Assembly: GCA_026389365.1 (NCBI GenBank)
Contig: JAPLHZ010000113.1
Span: 1-63,960, forward strand
Length of the DNA: 63,960 nucleotides
From: Cyanobacteriota bacterium
GTDB taxonomy: Bacteria > Cyanobacteriota > Cyanobacteriia > Leptolyngbyales > Leptolyngbyaceae
Direction of reading: 5' to 3'
Below the pieces are notes generated by a model. It ran no database searches, was not told the origin of the DNA, and worked only from the letters and a program-made list of their open reading frames with translations. Shown here in pieces: positions 12,167 to 22,626 of this stretch. Both the position numbers and the translations under genes were made by a program. How positions within the stretch are numbered: the stretch's first letter is position 1; the number at the start of each line of letters is the position of its first letter.

Positions 12167-13396
12167 ATGGCACGCGAAAAGTTTGAACGGTCTAAACCCC
12201 ACGTTAACATCGGCACCATCGGTCACGTTGACCACGGCAAAACCACACTAACGGCTGCGATTACTTCGACTTTGGCCGCTATGGGTGATTCCAAGGCGAT
12301 GAACTATGCTGATATCGATGCTGCACCGGAAGAAAAAGCTCGTGGTATCACGATCAACACGGCACACGTAGAGTACGAAACTGCAGCTCGTCACTATGCT
12401 CACGTCGATTGTCCCGGACACGCAGATTATGTGAAAAACATGATCACGGGTGCGGCTCAAATGGATGGCGGAATTCTGGTGTGTTCGGCGGCTGATGGTC
12501 CTATGCCCCAGACCCGTGAACATATCCTACTTGCTCGTCAGGTTGGAGTACCCGGCCTAGTTGTCTTTTTGAACAAGAAAGACATGGTTGATGATGATGA
12601 GTTGCTTGAACTCGTTGAGATGGAAGTTCGTGAACTCCTGAGTTCCTATGAATTCCCTGGCGACGACATCCCCATCACGGCAGGTTCTGCTCTGAAGGCG
12701 TTGGAGCACATGCAAGCTAACCCAAAAACCCAAAAGGGTGAGAACGAGTGGGTTGATTGTATCTATGCTCTGATGGATACGGTTGACAGCTACATTCAGA
12801 CTCCTGAACGTGAAACTGACAAGCCCTTCTTGATGGCAATTGAAGATGTATTCTCGATCTCAGGTCGGGGTACTGTGGCCACGGGTCGGATTGAACGCGG
12901 CCAAGTCAAGGTTCAAGAAGAAGTCGAGATCGTTGGTTTGCGAGACACCCGTAAGACCACGGTTACTGGAATCGAAATGTTCCGGAAGCTTCTTGATATG
13001 GGTCAAGCAGGCGATAATGCAGGTTTGCTTCTGCGTGGTATGAAAAAAGAAGACATTGAGCGTGGCATGGTCCTCGCCAAGACTGGCTCTATCAAACCAC
13101 ACACTCAGTTTGAGTCGGAAGTTTACATTCTGAACAAGAATGAAGGCGGTCGTCACACTCCGTTTTTCCCCGGCTATCGTCCTCAGTTCTACGTTCGTAC
13201 AACTGATGTAACCGGAACCATTTCAGCATTCACCGCCGATGACGGAAGTGCGGCTGAAATGGTCATGCCTGGAGACCGGATCAAGATGACGGTTGATTTG
13301 ATCAACCCTGTTGCGATCGAACAAGGGATGCGTTTCGCAATTCGTGAAGGCGGTCGTACCGTTGGTGCGGGTGTTGTATCGAAGATCATCAAGTAG
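12167..13396 (+). CDS. tuf: Elongation factor Tu
   Basis: 409 aa. [21 protein letters not shown]. Confidence 0.98.
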   Translation: MAREKFERSKPHVNIGTIGHVDHGKTTLTAAITSTLAAMGDSKAMNYADIDAAPEEKARGITINTAHVEYETAARHYAHVDCPGHADYVKNMITGAAQMDGGILVCSAADGPMPQTREHILLARQVGVPGLVVFLNKKDMVDDDELLELVEMEVRELLSSYEFPGDDIPITAGSALKALEHMQANPKTQKGENEWVDCIYALMDTVDSYIQTPERETDKPFLMAIEDVFSISGRGTVATGRIERGQVKVQEEVEIVGLRDTRKTTVTGIEMFRKLLDMGQAGDNAGLLLRGMKKEDIERGMVLAKTGSIKPHTQFESEVYILNKNEGGRHTPFFPGYRPQFYVRTTDVTGTISAFTADDGSAAEMVMPGDRIKMTVDLINPVAIEQGMRFAIREGGRTVGAGVVSKIIK

Positions 13397-13407
13397 ATTG
13401 ATCAGTT

Positions 13408-13432
13408 AGGAAGGACACATTGTCCTTCCTAG
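13408..13432 (+). terminator. Hairpin after tuf (possible attenuator or processing hairpin)
   Basis: TAGGAAGGACA / TGTCCTTCCTA form a perfect stem around a 3-nt loop. Only a weak T-tract follows. Confidence 0.35.
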
Positions 13433-13553
13433 GTGTTCTGAATTGAATCTCTTATTTCTCGATGTTGACATTAGAATGTTGCGGCCTTGAGGCGTTGCTT
13501 TCTATCGCCAATGTCTGACCCCACCGAACCTTGAAAATATAGGAATAATCCCC

Positions 13554-13871
13554 ATGGCTACTATTCAACAGCAGAAAATACGGATCCGCTTGAAGGCATA
13601 CGATCGTCGCTTGCTTGATACGTCTTGCGACAAAATTGTCGAAACAGCAAATCGCACTAATGCGACAGCAGTTGGTCCTATTCCCATGCCCACTCGCCGC
13701 CGTATTTATTGCGTCTTACGATCGCCTCACGTTGACAAGGATTCCCGTGAGCATTTTGAAGTGCGCACCCATCGCCGTATTATCGACATTTATCAGCCAT
13801 CTTCCAAGACAATTGATGCGCTGATGAAATTAGATTTGCCGTCCGGTGTGGACATCGAAGTCAAGCTATAA
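13554..13871 (+). CDS. rpsJ: 30S ribosomal protein S10
   Basis: 105 aa. [10 protein letters not shown]...[13 protein letters not shown] typical S10. Confidence 0.97.
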   Translation: MATIQQQKIRIRLKAYDRRLLDTSCDKIVETANRTNATAVGPIPMPTRRRIYCVLRSPHVDKDSREHFEVRTHRRIIDIYQPSSKTIDALMKLDLPSGVDIEVKL

Positions 13872-13894
13872 ATCTTTTCAAACCGTATCAAACT

Positions 13895-13937
13895 AAAATC
13901 TCTCTGGTAAACACTGGAGAGATTTTTCATTTTGTTT
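13895..13937 (+). terminator. Rho-independent terminator of the str/S10 transcription unit
   Basis: AAATCTCTC (13895-13903) pairs with GAGAGATTT (13916-13924), followed by TTCATTTTGTTTTG. Confidence 0.6.
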
Positions 13938-14022
13938 TGCCTTGTTTTAAATCGATTTTGCTGTGCGATCGGACCCCGATAAACGTTACATTAAGAATTA
14001 CATCTTTGGTCGAATTTCCCAC

Positions 14023-14676
14023 ATGACATCCTCAATTGCTGTCCGAGAATTGCCACTTTTCCCCTTACCCGGTGTCATTTTGTTTCCGGGTCGTCCATTA
14101 CCATTGCATATTTTTGAATATCGTTATCGGATGATGATGAATACGGTCTTGGAGAGCGATCGTAGATTTGGGGTACTGCTGTGGGATCAAGAAAAGAATG
14201 CACCATCGAACATTGGTTGCTGCGCGGAGATTGTTAAGTTTTATCGGTTGCCGGACGATCGGATGGAAGTCTTAACCTTGGGACAACAGCGATTCCGAGT
14301 GCTGGAAGAAGTTCGTGATAAACCCTACCGAGTCGGTCTAGTGGAATGGCTAGAAGATGTTCCGACGACAAAGGATTTACGTCCGATGACACGGGATATA
14401 AGTCAGCTTTTACAAGATGTTGTCCGGTTATCCAGCAAACTTTCTGGGGATGCGATCGATCTGCCAGACGATTTACCAGATACGCCTATAGAGCTGTCCT
14501 ATTGGATTGCTAGTAATTTGCGTGGAGTACCAGAAGAACAACAGGCTTTACTAGAAATGCTCGATACGGTAGAACGTCTAGAACGAGAATCTGAGATTTT
14601 GACTTCGACCCGGAATCACCTAGCGGCCCGTACTGTTTTAAAAGATACCTTGGGCGATGGGTTTCCCGTCGAATAG
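14023..14676 (+). CDS. LON substrate-binding (Lon N-terminal) domain protein
   Basis: ORF 13963-14676 starts at GTG; ATG 14023 is preferred. LPLFPLPGVILFPGRPLPLHIFEYRYR motif of the Lon N domain. Confidence 0.7.
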   Translation: MTSSIAVRELPLFPLPGVILFPGRPLPLHIFEYRYRMMMNTVLESDRRFGVLLWDQEKNAPSNIGCCAEIVKFYRLPDDRMEVLTLGQQRFRVLEEVRDKPYRVGLVEWLEDVPTTKDLRPMTRDISQLLQDVVRLSSKLSGDAIDLPDDLPDTPIELSYWIASNLRGVPEEQQALLEMLDTVERLERESEILTSTRNHLAARTVLKDTLGDGFPVE

Positions 14677-14702
14677 AGGGTTTGGCCTCAAGGCATGTGA
14701 AT

Positions 14703-15548
14703 CTACTTGTCTTGAGATCCCGTATGGTCCATCAAGTCATAACTCCCAAAGAGTTTCAAAGTCTCGGCATGGCTGGTTAAATCTGCGATCGTCGCCTTAG
14801 TTTCAGCCTGTCGAATATCCGCTTCCAGATCTAAAAAGAAAACATACTCCCCCATCGATCGCTTGGTCGGACGAGATTCAATACGGCTGAGATTAATATG
14901 ACGATCGGCGATTATTTGCAACATTTTGAGCAAAATACCAGGCCGGTTCGTCGGCATACTGAAAGCCAGGGAGGTATGCGTTCCACCCAATGCGACTTCA
15001 TTGCCTAGCACCAAAAATCGAGTGCAATTTTCCGGGTAATCATTAATCGGACAAGCCAAGATCGGCAGTTTATAAAGTTCAGCGGCACGAGTAGAAGCGA
15101 TCGCCCCCCAATCAGGATTGGCTATCAACTTCGGTAAGATCTCTGTCGTGGAATTCGCGGGCTGGGTTTTAGCGAGGATTGTATTATTCGCCAGCCACTG
15201 TTGGCATTGGGCTAGGGCTTGAGGATGGGAATGGACCACGGTGATGGCTTCAGGCGATGTCGCATAGGACAGCAAAGCATGACGAATCGGGAGTAATAGT
15301 GCCTGTTGAATTTGAAGATTATCCAACTGCCAGAGAGTATCCATCGTCATCGTTACGCCGCCTTCAACGGAATTTTCCACCGGAACGATCGCCCGATCGA
15401 CAGCGCCAGAAGCTAAGGCTTGCAGGGTTTGAGCGATCGTAGCGTAGGCAGTGAGATGATTGGGGGAGTCGATTGTTTTGGCGTAAGTCAGTGCCGCTAG
15501 TTCTGCGTAGGTTCCAGTCGGTCCCAGATGGGCAATGGTAATTGTCAT
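14703..15548 (-). CDS. pheA: Prephenate dehydratase
   Basis: 281 aa. PDT domain (IAHLGPTGTYAE...) plus C-terminal ACT domain (SRIESRPTK). Confidence 0.85.
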   Translation of the reverse strand: MTITIAHLGPTGTYAELAALTYAKTIDSPNHLTAYATIAQTLQALASGAVDRAIVPVENSVEGGVTMTMDTLWQLDNLQIQQALLLPIRHALLSYATSPEAITVVHSHPQALAQCQQWLANNTILAKTQPANSTTEILPKLIANPDWGAIASTRAAELYKLPILACPINDYPENCTRFLVLGNEVALGGTHTSLAFSMPTNRPGILLKMLQIIADRHINLSRIESRPTKRSMGEYVFFLDLEADIRQAETKATIADLTSHAETLKLFGSYDLMDHTGSQDK

Positions 15549-15709
15549 GGTAAATCTATCCGCAAAATCATGTAGATTTTCATAAAATTACTGAGAAGTC
15601 TCTTCCAGTTCTTCAGAATAAACTATAATTCGAGGCTGTATTTAAATAGTGTGTTCAGAATCAGGATTTAGCAGTGTAAATCAAGATTGTTTTAGGAGCG
15701 GGTTGGGAA

Positions 15710-16270
15710 ATGAAGCAAATGCGATTGATGACAACCCAAACGGTCGAGTTACGGGTACCCCCTCAACGGTTTCCGATCGAAGACTATTTACGGACTCCTG
15801 ATCGCTTTGTTCAAACTTTGGCTCCCGCCGATCGGCTCCAACGTATTGATACGGAACGCTATCGCCTCGAAATTCCGGCGTTTTCAATGTTGACGTTAAC
15901 TATTTGTCCAGTTGTAGATCTAGCGGTGTGGGTAGATGACGCTCAAAAAGTTCAAATCGAATCGGTTGCATTTGAGATGCGAGGAATGGAAGGGATAAAA
16001 GATCGATTTGACTTTAAACTAATTGGAGAACTGTACCCGGTTCATATACCTCAATGGGTTTTGATGCGAGGCAGTGCGCTATTGCGAATAGATTTGGATC
16101 TACCCATCCCCTTCAGCATGATGCCAAAATCTGTGGTGGAAGGAGCTGGAAATACGTTACTCAAAGCATCACTGGGAGCGGTTAAAGGCCAAATGCTGAA
16201 GGAATTAGTTCGGGATTATCAAGCTTGGGCATTAGAACGATCGGGTGCGATCGCTAGGGGGAAAAGCTGA
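15710..16270 (+). CDS. DUF1997-like conserved cyanobacterial/plastid-lineage protein
   Basis: 186 aa. Pattern resembles the DUF1997 family (from memory). 3' end overlaps rnhB by 17 nt, convergent. Confidence 0.5.
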   Translation: MKQMRLMTTQTVELRVPPQRFPIEDYLRTPDRFVQTLAPADRLQRIDTERYRLEIPAFSMLTLTICPVVDLAVWVDDAQKVQIESVAFEMRGMEGIKDRFDFKLIGELYPVHIPQWVLMRGSALLRIDLDLPIPFSMMPKSVVEGAGNTLLKASLGAVKGQMLKELVRDYQAWALERSGAIARGKS

Positions 16271-16913
16271 GCTGTTCGATCACGGTTCGCACAGGTGAAT
16301 AGGTTTTGCGGTGCCACGACGTGACACCAAGCGATCGAAGTCCAGACAAATGTTGTGCGGTTCCGTAGCCACGATTGTTTTCCCAGCCATAACCCGGATA
16401 GCGACTAGCCAGTCGAGTCATGAATCGATCGCGCCGAACTTTTGCAACTATAGAGGCGCAGGCAATGCTGTAAGACAATGAATCGCCTTTAATAATGGTT
16501 GTAATGGGAATACCAAAATCAACCTTGATTTTTCGACCATCAATTAAAGCATGGTCCAAAGATTGAATTCGACCGATCGCTCTGTGCATTGCACGGTAGG
16601 ACGCTTGTAAAACATTTATTTCTTCAATTTCTGTCACCGAAGCCATACCGATACCGATGGCGATCGCTTGCTGCTGAATTTGTCCGTATAGTCTATTGCG
16701 TTGAAGTTCAGAGAGTTTCTTTGAATCTCGAATTCCTACAATAGGAACGATATCCCTAGGTATCAAAACAGCGGCAGCAACGATCGGACCAGCCAAACAG
16801 CCTAATCCCACCTCATCTACACCCGCGACATGAGAATAACCACTTCTCCAGAGGTCATTCTCAAAGTCAAGTGTCGGAAGGGGGCTGGGGGACGCCGTGA
16901 TTGATGTACCCAT
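16254..16913 (-). CDS. rnhB: Ribonuclease HII
   Basis: ORF 16254-16988. ATG 16913 is preferred, 4 nt after the rne stop. GVDEVGLGCLAGPIV catalytic motif. Confidence 0.85.
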   Translation of the reverse strand: MGTSITASPSPLPTLDFENDLWRSGYSHVAGVDEVGLGCLAGPIVAAAVLIPRDIVPIVGIRDSKKLSELQRNRLYGQIQQQAIAIGIGMASVTEIEEINVLQASYRAMHRAIGRIQSLDHALIDGRKIKVDFGIPITTIIKGDSLSYSIACASIVAKVRRDRFMTRLASRYPGYGWENNRGYGTAQHLSGLRSLGVTSWHRKTYSPVRTVIEQLSFSP

Positions 16914-16917
16914 TGAT

Positions 16918-19398
16918 CTAAGTGGCAGATGAACGACGGCGACGACGACGAGGTGCTCCATCGTCCTCAGGTTCAAGAGGTTCATCAACTATAAAGTCTT
17001 CGACCATGATCGGAGCTTCAAAGACTTCTAGTTCATCGACCTCATCTAAGTCTGGCTTAACAGGTTCGCCGAAATCAAATTCAGCTTGCCCATCAAACGA
17101 TCGCTTAATGGGTGGGGCGACGCTGCCATCACTCCTACGATCAATGCGGCCACGGGCACGTCGGGCTGGGGGCACATCACCAAACTGAGATTCATCCGGC
17201 TCAAGTGAAGTAAGAAACTCAGATTCAATCGATGGAAACTCGTCTGTAATAATGGTGTTGGTTACATCATCCCCTACTACAGCAGCAGTCTCATCTACCG
17301 GAAGTTCACCCGGTGCATAAATCCTAATGATGGCCGATCTCGGATTTTTAGGCGTTTGCTCTGAAAGTACGAGGGGAGAAATTCCCATCCATGCGTAGAC
17401 ATCTTGTTCATCCCCGGTCATCTCAACATTGATGACTTCAGGCGGTTCATTGGGGGTCCGCTCACGACGGCCACTCCGGATTCGACGTTCTTCAAACCGT
17501 GATTCACGACTTTCACGCACTGCGGGCGCAACTTCCTCGGTCTGAAGATCTAGAACGTCTGTCTCATCTTCAAGCGGCGGCAGGTCATAGCGACTAGTGA
17601 CCCGATCGAGGGAAATACGCTCATTTTGGACCCGCTCGGTGGGATGACGATCGTTGGAAATACGATCATTCGGGATCCGATCTGTGGACGGGCGATCGAC
17701 GGGAGTTTCATCCCATGGAGAGGCACCGCGATCCGTTGTGGTTTCCTTCGTAAAGGGTTCACCTCGGCGACGACGACGACGATTCCCCGCGCGTCCACGT
17801 TCTTGATAACTCGGATGCTGAGATAGGTCTAGAGCACCTTCGCTGTCAAAGCCGCCATCTTCAAACCCAGTAAATCCTTCGGGAGCATAGGATTCTGAGT
17901 ACCCAGCACTTCTCGCTTCAGCACTTCTCGCTTCAGGAAGTCTTGCTTCGGGGCGGCCATCTCGTCTGGTACTGCGTTTACCAATGTCACGACCAATGTC
18001 ACGGGATTCTCGCCGATCGGACGGAGCATCACTATACTGAGGCGCAGGCTGCTGAGAGGTGGAGTACTGAGCCGCAGGACTAATCGCTCCAGGCGGTGCA
18101 AAGTGATCTGGAATCTCTTCGTAATGGTGGTACTGATGCTGAGTTTGAAGGGCGCTCGGCGCTTCACCAGGAAGATTGACATGCATCCCAATTCCGCTAC
18201 AGGCCGGACAAGGAACCCCAAACAACTCGTATATATTCTTTCCTTGGCGTTTACGAGTCAATTCAACTAGGCCCAATTCCGTAAGCTGAGCAATCTGTGG
18301 CTTAGCCTTGTCAGATTTCATCGCATTATTAAAATGCTCCAGCACTTGAAGTTTGTCGCGCCTCGATTCCATATCGATGAAGTCAACGACAATCACCCCG
18401 GCAATGTTTCGCAATCGCAATTGACGTGCAATTTCCGTCGCAGATTCGCAGTTAGTCCAAAGTACTGTTTCACGAGCTGTCGCCGATCGGGTAAAAGAAC
18501 CTGAGTTAACGTCAATCACCGTCAATGCTTCAGTCTTTTCAATAATGATGTAGCCGCCCGATGGTAAATCAACCCGAGGCTTCATTGCTTCACGAATGGC
18601 TGCATTGACTCTGAAATATTCCAGAATCGAACCCCGTTCACGATGCTGATCGATCAATACTCCTTGAGGCATCCGGCCCCCACCCCAACTGGTGAGATGC
18701 TGCTTGACTCGCTTGAGACCTTGAACTGAATCGACGACAATCCGGTTGACATTATCGCAATAGGCATCACGCAATACCCGTTGAACGAAGTCGTCATCCC
18801 GGTTTAGCAATGCAGGCGGACGGGTTGCAGAGGCTTCGGTCAGCACCGATTCCCATTGCTTTTGCAGATTTTCGAGATCTTCAATAATGGCTTCTTCGGG
18901 CATTCCATCGGCTTCAGTCCGAATCAAAATTCCCATCCCTGCTGGCTTCATCAAAATCGCGAGGGCACGCAATCGATTCCGTTCACTTTCGCTATCAATC
19001 CGCCGGGATAGGTTAACCCCACGACCGTAGGGCATCAAAACCAAATAGCGGCCAGGAAGAGAAATATTTCCAGTCAGCCTTGGGCCTTTGGTTCCAGTAG
19101 GTTCCTTCATCACCTGCACCAAGACCTTCTGTTGAGGCGCGAGGAGTTCGGTGATGGACGAAGCCGATCGGCGCAGGCGGAGTGGCCCCAAATCTGTGAC
19201 ATGGATGAAGCCGTTCCGATCGGAGTCACCAATGTTCACAAACGCTGCATCAATGCCCGGAAGAACATTTTCCACAACACCGAGATAAATATCGCTGACC
19301 TGATGAGTCCCTGTGGCAACCACCAGTTCTTGAATCTGTTCAGCGTCAAAAACTGCAGCAATCCGGTGCTGCTCCGCAATAACAATCTGCTTGGACAT
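16918..19398 (-). CDS. rne: Ribonuclease E (cyanobacterial type)
   Basis: 826 aa. N-terminal S1/catalytic half (VDFIDM, Zn-link CPACSG). Low-complexity C-terminal half ending in PRRRRRRSSAT. Confidence 0.9.
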   Translation of the reverse strand: MSKQIVIAEQHRIAAVFDAEQIQELVVATGTHQVSDIYLGVVENVLPGIDAAFVNIGDSDRNGFIHVTDLGPLRLRRSASSITELLAPQQKVLVQVMKEPTGTKGPRLTGNISLPGRYLVLMPYGRGVNLSRRIDSESERNRLRALAILMKPAGMGILIRTEADGMPEEAIIEDLENLQKQWESVLTEASATRPPALLNRDDDFVQRVLRDAYCDNVNRIVVDSVQGLKRVKQHLTSWGGGRMPQGVLIDQHRERGSILEYFRVNAAIREAMKPRVDLPSGGYIIIEKTEALTVIDVNSGSFTRSATARETVLWTNCESATEIARQLRLRNIAGVIVVDFIDMESRRDKLQVLEHFNNAMKSDKAKPQIAQLTELGLVELTRKRQGKNIYELFGVPCPACSGIGMHVNLPGEAPSALQTQHQYHHYEEIPDHFAPPGAISPAAQYSTSQQPAPQYSDAPSDRRESRDIGRDIGKRSTRRDGRPEARLPEARSAEARSAGYSESYAPEGFTGFEDGGFDSEGALDLSQHPSYQERGRAGNRRRRRRGEPFTKETTTDRGASPWDETPVDRPSTDRIPNDRISNDRHPTERVQNERISLDRVTSRYDLPPLEDETDVLDLQTEEVAPAVRESRESRFEERRIRSGRRERTPNEPPEVINVEMTGDEQDVYAWMGISPLVLSEQTPKNPRSAIIRIYAPGELPVDETAAVVGDDVTNTIITDEFPSIESEFLTSLEPDESQFGDVPPARRARGRIDRRSDGSVAPPIKRSFDGQAEFDFGEPVKPDLDEVDELEVFEAPIMVEDFIVDEPLEPEDDGAPRRRRRRSSAT

Positions 19399-19666
19399 TC
19401 AGTTAATTTCCTTAAACTTGGTCCAGAGCTACGCCCTCAAATCTCGGGTACGCAGGTCTGTAATTTTTTGAATCTAGGGTCCACGGTTCAACGCTTGCCG
19501 CCTAAATTCAGAACGATGAAACAAAAATACAACGCGGGAGCCTAACGGGTGCAATAGCACAATCGTCAAGCGCACAAGAAAACGTTCAGCCCGAGTAAAC
19601 TACGCTAGGCAAGAAACCTCAACCCTCATTACAACCTAAGGAATGGCTTCTCGCAGTCTGTTTCTC

Positions 19667-22372
19667 TTAGGTATGAATTGTAGCTTGAATTGTCAAGTCT
19701 AGGATGAGAAGTTTCTCACGCTGAATTTTTTCACACTTATCCTCAGCTTTTAGAGCAGTGGAGTTTAAGAATAGTTGTACCCGATGAATTTTATCCAGAC
19801 TCAAGGATTGCCCCGATTGGGCCTCTAACTGCGCCATCAGTTGATCGGGCCGTAAGTGAGTGCCATTATTTTGGCAACTGCCAATGTAACGCAGAGTTAG
19901 AGTACGATCGTTGACTGTCTCAATTTCCAGATCAAAGAGCCGTTCTCGGATATTAATCGAAACTATTTTGCCTGAGTTTGTCTGGTGATCAATCCAAATT
20001 TCAGGGGCTTGCATAATTTCCGCCACCCAATTTTGGGCCGCTGCGATCGTCACACTGGTCTCAAGCATTATTTGAAGCTGATACTCAGCGCGATGTAGAG
20101 CGGTGGTCGCCGCATCATCTTTCAAGGGAATTTCTTCAATCCGAAAAACGGGCATTGTACTAGGAAGCTGCGCCACAATACGTTGAAGAAACAATTCCGG
20201 TTCAACCCGCTCGGTGAGTTCAAAGTCCATAATTTCGCCGCTGCTGGTCACACCCAAGGAAAGCGCACTGGCGGGAATGATCCGAGGGCTGGGATGGAAC
20301 CCATTGCTGTAAGAAATAGGCAAACTGGCCCGCCGAATTACCCGATCGAACAACCGCAACATATCCAAATGACTGGTCAAGGCCATATCGCCCTCTTTGC
20401 CAAACCAAATCCGCAGACGCTGCATCCGATCGCTCTTGGGTTTGAATTGGCCTTGAAATTCAGGAATCGGCTGGGCCGGAACCACGACATTGTGGCCAAA
20501 ATCCAGTCCACAAACGCCACAATGAGAACAGCCATCAAACGAACAGTCGGGAATAGCAGCTTCGACTAAGGCCCGTTTCAAATCGTCATACAGCCAACGC
20601 TTATCAATTCCCGTGTCTAAATGGTCCCACGGCAGCGGAAGGTCTAGATTGGGCAAGCGCTGATCTGGCAACTCTTCATCTAATTTGGACGGAAAAATGT
20701 CCCATTCACCGTCTTCTACTTGGCGATATTTCCAGTCTAAATTTGCCTCTTCGATCGCCGTAGTCCATGCTCCATAAGCTTTTTCCAAACTTTCCCACCA
20801 GGCATCCATCCCAGCCCCCAGCTCCCAAGCCCGTTGGATCACCATGCTCAAGCGCCGATCGCCCCGACCCACAAAGTCCTCCATGGCAGAAATTCGCACA
20901 TCGGTGTAGTTCACCTTTAAACCGCGCAATTGTTTGAATGCGTTTTTCAGCAATGCCTGTTTGCGCTTAAATTCAACGGTCGAAACCGCGTGCCACTGAA
21001 ACGGCGTGTGGGGTTTGGGCGTGAAATTAGAAATGGTGATATTGAAATCCAGACGCTTGCGTTTATGGCCGCTACATTCGCGCCGCAGCCATTGCACCGT
21101 ATCTACAATCCCAATTACATCCGCGTCCGTTTCCCCCGGCAACCCAATCATGAAATACAGCTTGATCTTCGTCCAGCCCTGTTCCCAAGCAGTTTTGATG
21201 CCCCGCAGTAGTTCTTCATTGGTCAGCCCTTTATTGATAATGTCTCGCATTCGCTGGGTTCCGGCTTCCGGTGCAAAAGTCAGACTTCCTTGACGAGTTC
21301 CACCTAGAATATTTGCAATATTTTCATCAAACCGATCGACCCGCTGACTGGGCAACATCAACGAAATGTTATCGCCCTGCAACCGATTTTTAATCTCCAC
21401 GCCCACTGCTGGCAACGCTAAATAATCAGAGCAACTCAAGGAAAGGAGCGAAAATTCGTTATACCCGGTGGATCGCATTCCCTTTTCAATTGATTCCACC
21501 ACATCTTCCGGAGCCACATCACGCGCTGGACGGGTCAACATTCCCGGCTGACAAAACCGACAGCCCCGCGTACAACCTCGACGAATTTCAATTGTGAGCC
21601 GATCGTGAACCGTCTCAACATAAGGCACAAGACCAATCGAATAGGCCGGAATCGGAGTCGCCACCCGTCTCAGAATTCGCCTCGGTACATCATCACGATT
21701 TCGCGTCACAGAACCGTCAGAATTCGAGTCATAGAACATAGGCACATAGACACCAGGCACCTGCGCCAAATCGAGTAATAAATCGACACGGGCTAATCCC
21801 GCAAGTTTCCCTTCTTCTAGCACCAGTCCAATTTCCGGCAATAGTTCTTCGCCGTCGCCCATGACAATAAAGTCCAGAAAATCGGCATAGGGTTCTGGGT
21901 TTGAGGTCGCAGTTTGGCCTCCTGCAAAAATCAACGGATATTCGCCAGAGTTGCGATCGCGCGACATTAGGGGAATTTGGGCTAAATCCAGCATTTCTAA
22001 AATATTGGTCGCCCCTAGCTCATAGGACAGACTAAATCCCAAAATATCAAAGTCAGACAGCGATCGTTTTGACTCAACCGCAAATAGTGGCGTATTTGTG
22101 TCCCGGAGTCTAATAGCAAGGTCCCCTGCTGGTAAATAGGACCGATCGCACAGTTGGCGAGGCTGAGTATTGATAATGCTATAGAGGATGATGTGCCCCA
22201 GATTTGAGGAGCCAACCTCGTAAATTTCGGGATAAGTCAATGCCCAGCGTACCGTTGCAGTATCCCAATCTTTATGGACTGCCCCGAGTTCGTTGCCCAG
22301 ATACCGAGCCGGACGATGGATGTCTGTTGTGATTAAGCGTTCAACTGCAACCGCCACGGCGACCGACCTCAA
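19667..22372 (-). CDS. Large radical SAM protein of unknown function (B12-binding-like/radical SAM core fused to a DUF2344-like C-terminal module)
   Basis: 901 aa, TTG start. CxxxCxxC cluster motif RGCTRGCRFCQ. C-terminal ~230 aa resemble the radical-SAM-associated DUF2344/TIGR03936 module (from memory). Confidence 0.7.
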   Translation of the reverse strand: MRSVAVAVAVERLITTDIHRPARYLGNELGAVHKDWDTATVRWALTYPEIYEVGSSNLGHIILYSIINTQPRQLCDRSYLPAGDLAIRLRDTNTPLFAVESKRSLSDFDILGFSLSYELGATNILEMLDLAQIPLMSRDRNSGEYPLIFAGGQTATSNPEPYADFLDFIVMGDGEELLPEIGLVLEEGKLAGLARVDLLLDLAQVPGVYVPMFYDSNSDGSVTRNRDDVPRRILRRVATPIPAYSIGLVPYVETVHDRLTIEIRRGCTRGCRFCQPGMLTRPARDVAPEDVVESIEKGMRSTGYNEFSLLSLSCSDYLALPAVGVEIKNRLQGDNISLMLPSQRVDRFDENIANILGGTRQGSLTFAPEAGTQRMRDIINKGLTNEELLRGIKTAWEQGWTKIKLYFMIGLPGETDADVIGIVDTVQWLRRECSGHKRKRLDFNITISNFTPKPHTPFQWHAVSTVEFKRKQALLKNAFKQLRGLKVNYTDVRISAMEDFVGRGDRRLSMVIQRAWELGAGMDAWWESLEKAYGAWTTAIEEANLDWKYRQVEDGEWDIFPSKLDEELPDQRLPNLDLPLPWDHLDTGIDKRWLYDDLKRALVEAAIPDCSFDGCSHCGVCGLDFGHNVVVPAQPIPEFQGQFKPKSDRMQRLRIWFGKEGDMALTSHLDMLRLFDRVIRRASLPISYSNGFHPSPRIIPASALSLGVTSSGEIMDFELTERVEPELFLQRIVAQLPSTMPVFRIEEIPLKDDAATTALHRAEYQLQIMLETSVTIAAAQNWVAEIMQAPEIWIDHQTNSGKIVSINIRERLFDLEIETVNDRTLTLRYIGSCQNNGTHLRPDQLMAQLEAQSGQSLSLDKIHRVQLFLNSTALKAEDKCEKIQREKLLILDLTIQATIHT

Positions 22373-22482
22373 TATCTATAAAGCATGAATCATTGAAATT
22401 CAGTATACAGAACGGGCGATCGTCCCGCAGTCAGTATCGACTTAAAATCGCTCTACTCATCCGCCAAAAAATTATTCACTAA

Positions 22483-22511
22483 AAAGGAGGCCCAATCAGA
22501 GCCTCCTTTTC
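22483..22511 (-). terminator. Rho-independent terminator (bidirectional shape) downstream of the STAS gene
   Basis: AAAAGGAGGC (22483-22492) pairs with GCCTCCTTTT (22502-22511). A/T runs on both sides. Confidence 0.5.
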
Positions 22512-22626
22512 AAATTACATAATTTCAATACTGGAACTGTCTAAGCTAGATTCAGGCTGCTATCAAGTCCAGAAAATTTAAACCATCTCCCCAAACGGGG
22601 CGGTTAAGAACAATAACAATACGATA

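Noticed and set aside
16922-18221. Alternative-frame ORFs inside rne (16922-17188 +, 17046-17228 -, 17550-17798 -, 17626-17826 +, 17829-18221 -)
   Set aside because: They lie in the low-complexity, repeat-rich half of rne, where open alternative frames arise by composition. The RNase E frame ends in the expected Arg-rich tail.
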